In this document: positions 1 to 7,577 of the stretch, piece by piece
Numbering within the stretch: position 1 is the first letter of the stretch
Layout of the letters: every line of letters starts with the position of its first letter
Assembly: GCA_050012755.1 (NCBI GenBank)
Contig: JBEKGO010000030.1
Span: forward strand, 1 to 31,746
Length of the DNA stretch: 31,746 nucleotides
Direction of reading: 5' to 3'
DNA from: Candidatus Bathyarchaeia archaeon
Lineage (GTDB): Archaea; Thermoproteota; Bathyarchaeia; Bathyarchaeales; Bathycorpusculaceae
The notes under the pieces: model-generated
Database searches by the model: none
Seen by the model: only the letters and a program-made list of their open reading frames with translations
Told to the model about the DNA's origin: nothing
Made by a program: the position numbers and the translations under genes

Positions 1-49
1 CAGTGGGCATGGTTTCGATTTTTTCGTTCCAGTATTTGCCGTCTACCAT
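1..49 (-). CDS. Phenylacetate-CoA ligase family protein, N-terminus only (runs off the window)
   Basis: Manual translation from the ATG at 49 gives MVDGKYWNEKIETMPT, which resembles the YWNxxIETM start of PaaK-family ligases. An AGGA SD-like site lies upstream, and the gene follows livF directly. Confidence 0.65.
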   Translation of the reverse strand, partial: MVDGKYWNEKIETMPT

Positions 50-68
50 TTTTTGTTCCTCTCTCTTT

Positions 69-773
69 TTAAAGGCCTAGATACACTTCTTTTATGTGAC
101 TATTAGATAAAAGTTCCCTACTTTTTCCTTCTAAAACTATTCTTCCTTCCTCCAAAACATAACCTCTATCGGCCACAATCAGCGAATCGTGAATGTTCTG
201 TTCCACAAGCACGACCGTCACGCCTTCATCGTTAATTGTCCGAATAGTATCCAAAACTTTTTCCACAATAATTGGCGCCAATCCCAGTGATGGCTCATCC
301 AGTATCAGCAGTTGAGGATTAGACATTAAGCTTCGGCAAATAACAAGCATTTGTTGTTCGCCGCCGCTTAGCGTTTGAGCTAACGCTTTTTCTTTCTTTT
401 TAAGCACTGGAAAAATCTCGAAAACATTTTCCTTTGTCTTTTTGATCTTCGCTTTATCATTTATTGTGTATGCGCCCAGCATTAGGTTTTCTTCAATTGT
501 CATTCGAGGAAAAATTTCTCTGCCTTCAGGAATCATCGTTAAGCCTCTTTTGACTATTTCATATGTCGGCATTTTCTCGATGTTTTCGCCTTTAAACTTG
601 ATTGTTCCAACTTTCGGATGCAGAAAACCCATGATTGTTTTCACGAGAGTTGTTTTTCCAGCTCCATTGGGTCCGATTATGCTTAGAATTTCTTTTTCTT
701 CAACTTTGAAGGTTACATCGCGGAGTATTTGCACCATCCCATATGAAGATGAAACATTCTCTACTTCTAACGC
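69..773 (-). CDS. livF: Branched-chain amino acid ABC transporter ATP-binding subunit (LivF-like)
   Basis: Walker A GPNGAGKT, signature LSGGEQQM, Walker B LILDEPSLGL, VEQN. The frame extends upstream of ATG 737 through LEVENVSSSYG to a GCG codon at 773 behind GGAGG, so the start is uncertain. Confidence 0.9.
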   Translation of the reverse strand, partial: ALEVENVSSSYGMVQILRDVTFKVEEKEILSIIGPNGAGKTTLVKTIMGFLHPKVGTIKFKGENIEKMPTYEIVKRGLTMIPEGREIFPRMTIEENLMLGAYTINDKAKIKKTKENVFEIFPVLKKKEKALAQTLSGGEQQMLVICRSLMSNPQLLILDEPSLGLAPIIVEKVLDTIRTINDEGVTVVLVEQNIHDSLIVADRGYVLEEGRIVLEGKSRELLSNSHIKEVYLGL

Positions 774-775
774 GT

Positions 776-1516
776 TTACTCCTCCTCATTAAACGTAAAC
801 TTTTTGCCCAAATACACTTTCACCACATTTTCGTCGGCACAGACTTGTTTGGGTGTTCCTTCGCATATTTTTTCGCCGTGTTGCAAGACAATTACGCGGT
901 CGCATAATCCCATAATAACCCTCATTACATGCTCAACTATGAGCACGGTTACCCCTTGTCTGTTAATTTGTTTGATTAGTTCAATGGCTTCGTCGCATTC
1001 TGCTGGAGTTAACCCTGTAAGCAACTCATCCAAGAGTAACAGTTTAGGGTTTGTTGCCAAAGCTTTAGCAAGCTGGACACGGCGCAACTCAACAACATTC
1101 AGGTTTTTGGTTGGCACATCAAATTTTTCTTTTCCCAATCCAACAAAACCCAGAAGCTCTTGAGCCTTAGATACAGCACTGATTTTACTCTGAGATTTTT
1201 TCTGGTTAAAAAGTACACTTGTTAATACATTGTCAACGGCTGTCATTTCTGGAAAAGATTGAACTGTCTGCGACGTTTTTGTAATACCTTTTGCGCAAAT
1301 TTTGTGTGGTGGCAGCTTAGTGATGTCTTCTTCTAGAAAGACAATTTGACCCGAATCTGGGTTGTAAACGCCGCTGATAAGGTTTAGCAATGTGGATTTG
1401 CCTGAACCGTTGGGTCCAACGAGCCCAGTTATTTCATTGCTGTTTACTGTGAAATTCAATTTTTTTAATGCTTGAAGTCCTCCAAACTGCTTGGATACTT
1501 CGATGCACTTTAGCAA
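776..1516 (-). CDS. livG: Branched-chain amino acid ABC transporter ATP-binding subunit (LivG-like)
   Basis: FGGLQAL, GPNGSGKST, LLLLDE, VEHVM and C-terminal VYLG. TTG start. Confidence 0.9.
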   Translation of the reverse strand: MLKCIEVSKQFGGLQALKKLNFTVNSNEITGLVGPNGSGKSTLLNLISGVYNPDSGQIVFLEEDITKLPPHKICAKGITKTSQTVQSFPEMTAVDNVLTSVLFNQKKSQSKISAVSKAQELLGFVGLGKEKFDVPTKNLNVVELRRVQLAKALATNPKLLLLDELLTGLTPAECDEAIELIKQINRQGVTVLIVEHVMRVIMGLCDRVIVLQHGEKICEGTPKQVCADENVVKVYLGKKFTFNEEE

Positions 1517-1520
1517 ACTT

Positions 1521-1565
1521 GATTATTCTCCGATTAGCAAGGATTATTCTCCGTAGAAATATAAA
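1521..1565 (-). promoter_or_regulatory. livG promoter: TATA box plus a 12-bp direct repeat across the expected transcription start
   Basis: Minus-strand TTTATATT at 1565-1558. GATTATTCTCCG occurs at 1521-1532 and 1542-1553. Confidence 0.5.
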
Positions 1566-1737
1566 GTTTGGTAAAAATTTTGTTTCATTGAGCTCGAATC
1601 ATAAAACTCAGCCTTAAACCCTTTCTCTCGAAACCCAAATGACCCTTGCAACGACGATTTTAAACAACTTTAAGTTGCTGAAAGAAGAATAGGGTTTACA
1701 CTTTTGAGAAACTAGGACTTTTTTGCGGATACCTTCT

Positions 1738-2136
1738 CTATGTTGTATCTGGAAAGTGCCGTCTAGCTCGTGTGGCGAAGTAGATGCCGACCACTATTAT
1801 GATTATGCCGATCGCAACTAACCAAATAGCCGCTGCTTCCGGTCCGCTTGGAACCCAATGATAAAGAATGTTGGTATAAGCCACTACACCGAAGAACACC
1901 AAAATCAACCCTCCAATCAGCCAGCCAACCATTCCACCTTGACCCTTCTCATGCTTCTCCCCTTTTTCCCCTTTTTCTTGCTTTTCATGTTTCTCCTGTT
2001 TTTCATTTCTATAGCGAGGATAGACTGGCGGAGAAGGTGCGCCCTGATATGTTGCTGTTTTCAATGAAGCACCGCAATTTGGACAGAAAGTCATCGTTTC
2101 ATCGACTTTTTTGCCGCATTTTGGACAATACGACGT
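1738..2136 (-). CDS. Zinc-ribbon membrane protein with EKx repeats and two TM helices
   Basis: The frame extends above ATG 2094 to give (ACG)SYCPKCGKKVDETMTFCPNCG, a complete double-CxxC ribbon behind GGTGA. It is followed by EKQEKHEKQEKGEKGEKHEK and two hydrophobic segments. Confidence 0.8.
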   Translation of the reverse strand, partial: TSYCPKCGKKVDETMTFCPNCGASLKTATYQGAPSPPVYPRYRNEKQEKHEKQEKGEKGEKHEKGQGGMVGWLIGGLILVFFGVVAYTNILYHWVPSGPEAAAIWLVAIGIIIIVVGIYFATRARRHFPDTT

Positions 2137-2339
2137 TAAATCTTCACCTTTTCTATTAGTTTCCTATTGAAGATTTACTATATAAGATATTCACCCAGTC
2201 AAATCTGACAAAGAAAAAGATACATATTTGATGGCCGGATGCGTTTTGGTGGCTAAACAAATCGTGCGAAAACAAAATTGAATCTCAAGAAAAAAGGAGA
2301 AAAGGCATTTAAAAAAATATGAAATTTTGGCGAAAAAGG

Positions 2340-2526
2340 TCATTCGTCCCAATCTTCGCCTTCGATGACTAACTCTTGAAGATCTGCACATTCACCTCCA
2401 TCAGATATTTTTTTTAACTTCGAGTTCAAGTCCACAACTAGGCCAGCTCAAAACTTCCCCTTTTTCTATGTCGCAAGGAATATTGAATTCTGAATCGCAG
2501 TCTGGACATTTGATTTTGTTAACCAT
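2340..2526 (-). pseudogene. lysW: LysW-like amino-group carrier protein, frameshifted in an A8 run
   Basis: MVNKIKCPDCDSEFNIPCDIEKGEVLSWPSCGLELEVKK, then a stop. Removing one A continues the protein as ISDGGECADLQELVIEGEDWDE*, compared with the LysW tail EDWGE. An alternative in-frame ATG lies at 2559. Confidence 0.7.
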
Positions 2527-2785
2527 GTTTTGCAAATTTGGATTTATTGCGTTAATCATTATATTCTTCACTTTTTTATGATTCCCTGTCTAAAGAAAAT
2601 GAAACCTATTAAATATTGTGACTTTTATGTTACAAATTATACTATTGGTGTTCCATTTGAGACAATAAGAAAATGGAAAGAATAATTAAAAATGAACAAC
2701 ATGCTTTACCAATTTCGGTTCAGCGATGATAGAATGGAAAAAAGATGGTGGTGTAGCTTCTTAGCTAACTACTTATCATCAAATT

Positions 2786-3304
2786 CTAGTGCGTAAATAG
2801 TGAGTCTGGCAGCGAAGGATTAAGAACAACGCTAGTGTATTGCGCAGTTTCCCCATTTGTTGAATGGTATGTATAGCTGCCTGAGCCACCGTAGCCTGAG
2901 AGGAAGGTTCTATAATCATCAAACGTGGTGCCCCAACTTGCAGCTTGACTTTGGTATTGGCTCGACAGATCAAGCCATTGCCCGTTTGTTTCCACCCAAA
3001 CCTTCTTCAATTCCCCATTTACGATGTAAACATAGTTGAAGCTTGAAGAAGTGTACTCCACGCGTATGTCAAGATTGGATCCCCCGATGTTCTTCCCATA
3101 ATACGTATATTCTACAGAAGGTGTTGAGCCACCTGTTGTCTTTACAGTGAACTGTAAACTCTTTGCTCCAGAAACACCAGAACCACCGCTTGTAGAAGAA
3201 CCCACGCCTCCTTTGCCACTAAAAGCTAAAAATAAGCCTACTGCCACGATGACGATTGCAACAGTTAAAATTGCCACAAAAATTAGCACTTTCTTACTAT
3301 TCAT
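2786..3304 (-). CDS. Membrane-anchored exported protein, possibly LolA-like fold
   Basis: MNSKK followed by a hydrophobic anchor, a Gly/Ser linker and a beta-rich domain ending NPSLPDSLF. Alternative start at 3343. Confidence 0.75.
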   Translation of the reverse strand: MNSKKVLIFVAILTVAIVIVAVGLFLAFSGKGGVGSSTSGGSGVSGAKSLQFTVKTTGGSTPSVEYTYYGKNIGGSNLDIRVEYTSSSFNYVYIVNGELKKVWVETNGQWLDLSSQYQSQAASWGTTFDDYRTFLSGYGGSGSYTYHSTNGETAQYTSVVLNPSLPDSLFTH

Positions 3305-3485
3305 TTTGTAAATGTTTATTTGCCGATTCGTTTCTGTTCCCATAAAAACTCCAATTTTCTAGTGAAATGGCAATTATATAAGAAAATGTGGTTGCTATCA
3401 TACAACATTTGCTGACATTTTCCATGTGCGGTTTCTTGGTTAAAGTTAAATATTGTTAGGAACTATTAAGGTATTGGTGTTGTGT

Positions 3486-3932
3486 TTGCCTATAACTCAA
3501 GTAAGTGTCTTTCTGGATAACCATCCAGGTTCCCTTTTTGATGTTATGTCAAAGCTTGATCAAAACAAGCTGAAAGTTTTCGCATTGTCAATTGCTGATG
3601 CAGGCGAGTTTGGCTTAGTGCGGTTGATAACTGAAGAGCCTGAGAAAGCAACTAAGTTTTTGGAAGATGCCGAATTTAACCTTGCCAAATCCAAGAAGAA
3701 CACGGAAGTAACGGCGATCTTTGTATCTGCTCAGGAAACGCTGTCAAAAATAACTAAGATTTTGGGAAACGGTGGCATAAACATAGAATACGCTTATTCA
3801 TCAGCTATTCACGTGGACGGCAAAGTCGCATTGATTTTGCGCCCAAGCAACGTCGAGAAAGCCGAACAAATGTTAACTGCTAACGGTGTTGTAGTTCTCT
3901 CGCTCGCTGAAATCAAGAAATATTTTCAATAA
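3486..3932 (+). CDS. Double ACT-domain protein
   Basis: QVSVFLDNHPGSL, ALSIADAGEFGLVRL and INIEYAY are typical of the ACT proteins found near phenylacetate-CoA ligases. Probable TTG start at 3486. Confidence 0.85.
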   Translation: MPITQVSVFLDNHPGSLFDVMSKLDQNKLKVFALSIADAGEFGLVRLITEEPEKATKFLEDAEFNLAKSKKNTEVTAIFVSAQETLSKITKILGNGGINIEYAYSSAIHVDGKVALILRPSNVEKAEQMLTANGVVVLSLAEIKKYFQ

Positions 3933-4065
3933 TTAGTCTCTCAATTGTTGGGGGAGCCACGCCACCGTTTTTTTATGATGTTAAGCTCCATAAAGTAATT
4001 AAATCGGACGATAAGGTTAATTTATCGCGCCAGATACGACGGGTATTCAGAAGGTTAAAGCCAGA

Positions 4066-6882
4066 ATGGGAACATTAAATCTTGATAAGATTTTCGACCC
4101 TCAAAGTGTAGCCATAGTCGGAGCTAGCGACGCAGAAGGTTCAGTTGGCTACGCAATTGTCAAAAATTTTACCAAACTGGGCTTCGCTGGTAAAGTTTAT
4201 TTTGTAAACATCCGAAAACCAGAAATTTTGGGCGTTAAAACTTACAAATCAGTCGATGAGATTCCAGAGCCAATTGATTTGGTGATGATTGCCACACCCG
4301 CCAAAACAGTTCCAGACGTTATGGAAGAATGTGGAAGGGCAAAAGTGAAAGGCGTCATCATTGTTTCTGCAGGATTCAAAGAAACTGGCCCCGCAGGAAA
4401 AGCTTTAGAAGAAAAGATTCTTGAAATCGCCAAAAAATATAACATCCGAGTTATTGGTCCAAACTGCATCGGTCTGATTCGACCACGAACAAACCTTAAC
4501 GCTACTTTTTTGGATAAAATGCCGAAACCGGGCAACGTAGCTTTTCTTTCACAAAGTGGCGCATTAGGCTCGGCGATTCTTGACTGGGCAATCCACGAAA
4601 ACATTGGCTTTAGCAATTTCGTTTCAGTTGGGTCAATGATAGATGTTGACTTTGGCGATCTCATTGATTATTTCGGTTCTGACCCAAAAACTAGAAGCAT
4701 ATTGATGTATATCGAAGGCATAACTGAAGCCCGCAAATTCATGAGCGCAGCAAGGCACTTTGCAAGAACCAAACCCATAATTGTGGTAAAATCAGGCAAA
4801 TTCGCAGAGAGTGCAAAAGCAGCAGCATCCCACACAGGTTCACTTTCCGGAGAAGATGATATTTATGATGCAGCTTTCAAACGTGCAGGCATTGTACGGG
4901 TCAATGAAATTGCTGACTTATTTAATTCTGCTGAAGTTTTGGGGACTCAACCTTTGCCTAAGGGTCCAAGACTTGCTGTAATAACTAATGCTGGTGGACC
5001 CGGCGTAATGGCAACAGACGCTTTGATTGCTCAAAACGGTAAATTGGCAAAGTTAAGCCAAAAATCGATAGATTCACTTAACGCGGTGCTGCCTCCTTTC
5101 TGGAGCCATGGTAACCCGGTTGATGTCTTAGGTGACGCAAAGTCTGAGCGCTACAAGGCTGCACTTGAAGCTTGCCTTAACGACGAAAATGTTGATGGCA
5201 TATTGATTATTTTTACGCAGCAGGCAGTTTCGGAATCAATTGAAATAGCTAAAAACATAGTTGAACTGGTGCGCAACAAGACTTACCAAAATAAAACCAT
5301 CTTAACCTCGTTTATGGGTTTTGGCGCAGTGCAAGAGGCAAACAGTATCCTGAACGCAAACAATATTCCCACTTATTCTACTCCTGAGCAAGCAATCAAA
5401 ACTTACATGTACATGTACGAATACCAGCGCAACATCGAACTCTTATACGAAACCCCTGAAGAGTTGCCAGTTGACGCCTCACCGCCCAAGCGCCCAATTA
5501 TGGTTATTTTGAGAAATGCTGCGTTTGAAGGGCGAGAAGTTTTAACTGAAGATGAAGCTAAAAAAGTACTCAAATACTATAATTTCCCAATCGTAAGAAC
5601 AGCAGCCGCTAACAACGTGGAAGAAGCAGTTACATTTGCCCAAGAAATGGGCTTTCCAGTCGTACTAAAAATTCTGTCACCCCAAATCATACATAAAACA
5701 GATGCAGGCGGAGTAATCCTAAACATCAACACACCAAACGAAGTACGCGAAGCTTTCGAAGTCCTAATCCAAAGAGCAACAGCCTACAACCCAAACGCCC
5801 AAATAATCGGCGTTACCGTTCAACCTATGATCGAAAAGAAAGGTCAAGAAATCATTATCGGCGGAAAAACTGACCCTGTTTTCGGTCCTGTAATACTCTT
5901 CGGCATGGGAGGCGTCGGCGTTGAACTTTTCAAAGATTACTCGATTGGTCTTCCACCTTTGAATACAACTCTTATTCACCGAATGATGGAAGAGACAAAA
6001 GTTTACCACTTGCTCAAAGGATATCGAGGTTCAAGTCCAGTTGACCTTAAAAAGCTCGACGAAACGATGTTGCTTTTCTCTCAGCTGCTTGTAGACTTCC
6101 CACAAATAAAAGAAATTGACATCAACCCCTTCTTGATAAGCGAAAAAGAGGCTTGCATCCTAGATGCCCGCATAGTAATTGACAAAGATGCAGTTTGCAA
6201 GAAATTTGATCCTCATGAACATATGGTCATCAGCCCTTACCCGAAAGGGCAGGAAATTCTGTGGCAACTGAAAAACGGTCAAGAAGTATTGCTGCGTCCA
6301 ATAAAACCTGAAGATGAACCTATGTGGCTGGAAATGTTCCAAAGCTTCTCAGAGGAATCAATACGATACAGATTTTTCCAGATGCTCAAAGATACACCGC
6401 ATGAAGTGCGGGTCCGCTACTGTAACATTGATTATGACAGAGAAGTTGCAATTGTTGCTGAAATTGTTGAAAACGGAAAAAGAAAAATCCTCGGTGTAAG
6501 CCGTGTTAGCATTGAAACTGACGGAAAAAGCAGTGAAATGGCTTTCATTGTAAGCGATTATTGGCAAGGACTAGGCTTAGGAACTAAAATGGTTGATTAC
6601 GCCCTTGACATTGCAAAGGAAAAAGGCGTTGAAAGCGTCTACGCAATCATGCTGCCTGATAATTACAGAGCTTTAAGTTTAACAAAGAAACTGGGTTTCA
6701 ACATTGATTACCTAAGCGACGGTACAGTCAAAGCAACACTTGACCTCAAAAATGAAGACGTTGATACAAGATGCCTGGTGACATTGCCTGAACCTCCCAA
6801 ACAACAACCAAAACAGCAATCTACCGCGGCGCCGCAAGAAAAAAAAGAAGTCAAAGAAGAGCCAGAAATAGCGCCAGCCTAA
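4066..6882 (+). CDS. ADP-forming acyl-CoA synthetase (alpha+beta) fused to a C-terminal GNAT acetyltransferase (Pat/PatZ-like architecture)
   Basis: CoA-binding AIVGAS, IGPNCIG, SQSGA, phospho-His motif SHTGSL, TNAGGPG, ATP-grasp HKTDAGGV and DINP, and GNAT acetyl-CoA motif WQGLGLG. Confidence 0.92.
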   Translation: MGTLNLDKIFDPQSVAIVGASDAEGSVGYAIVKNFTKLGFAGKVYFVNIRKPEILGVKTYKSVDEIPEPIDLVMIATPAKTVPDVMEECGRAKVKGVIIVSAGFKETGPAGKALEEKILEIAKKYNIRVIGPNCIGLIRPRTNLNATFLDKMPKPGNVAFLSQSGALGSAILDWAIHENIGFSNFVSVGSMIDVDFGDLIDYFGSDPKTRSILMYIEGITEARKFMSAARHFARTKPIIVVKSGKFAESAKAAASHTGSLSGEDDIYDAAFKRAGIVRVNEIADLFNSAEVLGTQPLPKGPRLAVITNAGGPGVMATDALIAQNGKLAKLSQKSIDSLNAVLPPFWSHGNPVDVLGDAKSERYKAALEACLNDENVDGILIIFTQQAVSESIEIAKNIVELVRNKTYQNKTILTSFMGFGAVQEANSILNANNIPTYSTPEQAIKTYMYMYEYQRNIELLYETPEELPVDASPPKRPIMVILRNAAFEGREVLTEDEAKKVLKYYNFPIVRTAAANNVEEAVTFAQEMGFPVVLKILSPQIIHKTDAGGVILNINTPNEVREAFEVLIQRATAYNPNAQIIGVTVQPMIEKKGQEIIIGGKTDPVFGPVILFGMGGVGVELFKDYSIGLPPLNTTLIHRMMEETKVYHLLKGYRGSSPVDLKKLDETMLLFSQLLVDFPQIKEIDINPFLISEKEACILDARIVIDKDAVCKKFDPHEHMVISPYPKGQEILWQLKNGQEVLLRPIKPEDEPMWLEMFQSFSEESIRYRFFQMLKDTPHEVRVRYCNIDYDREVAIVAEIVENGKRKILGVSRVSIETDGKSSEMAFIVSDYWQGLGLGTKMVDYALDIAKEKGVESVYAIMLPDNYRALSLTKKLGFNIDYLSDGTVKATLDLKNEDVDTRCLVTLPEPPKQQPKQQSTAAPQEKKEVKEEPEIAPA

Positions 6883-7088
6883 ATGCAAAAGCCTAATTTC
6901 TCTCTCTTTATCATGAAACTTATTTTTTGCTTAGCCATAAAATAACTATTTTTAGGCCTAAGTTAAACGGTTAATTGTTTTTGCAAAAACTTTCGCATAT
7001 GGCATCAATGCTTTGCTGTATCCTTTTATATTTCGTGCTTCTGTAAATCTTGAGAAAGTGTGAAAAGAACACTGCCGGAGGATAATTC

Positions 7089-7577
7089 TTGGAAAAAGAT
7101 AAACGGCGTTCAATGCTGGAGAAAACTCTTAAAGAACATAATTATCAGGAAAGCTCTCTTTTAGAAATATTGCATAGTGCTCAAGAAATTTATGGATATT
7201 TGGATAAAGATCTGCTTATCGATATTTCTGCTTCGCTGAATCTTCCTCCAAGCCACGTTTATGGAGTTGTGACTTTCTATAGTTTCTTTAAACTTAGAAA
7301 GCAAGGCGACCATGTTGTAACTGGATGTCTAGGTACAGCCTGCTATGTTAAAGGTGTTGAACAAATCATGGAAGCCATTGAGCAAGAATTCAACCTCAAA
7401 CGAGGAGGCTCCACCACTGATGGCAAACTATCCTTACTTTTGACTCGTTGTATTGGGGCATGCGCTATGGCGCCAAATATAGTTGTTGATGATGAAGTAA
7501 TTGGAAGAGCAACCACAGACGTGGTAATTCAAAAAATCAAAAATGTACTCGGAGGAGTTAAATCTGAAACTAGATGA
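7089..7577 (+). CDS. hoxE: NuoE-like [2Fe-2S] subunit of a bidirectional hydrogenase
   Basis: VYGVVTFYSFF, CLGTACYVKG and CIGAC. GGAGG SD with TTG start. Confidence 0.88.
   Translation: MEKDKRRSMLEKTLKEHNYQESSLLEILHSAQEIYGYLDKDLLIDISASLNLPPSHVYGVVTFYSFFKLRKQGDHVVTGCLGTACYVKGVEQIMEAIEQEFNLKRGGSTTDGKLSLLLTRCIGACAMAPNIVVDDEVIGRATTDVVIQKIKNVLGGVKSETR

Noticed and set aside
2191-2391. 66-aa ORF MCRSSRV..
   Set aside because: It overlaps the lysW-like tail out of frame and runs into low-complexity T-rich DNA.
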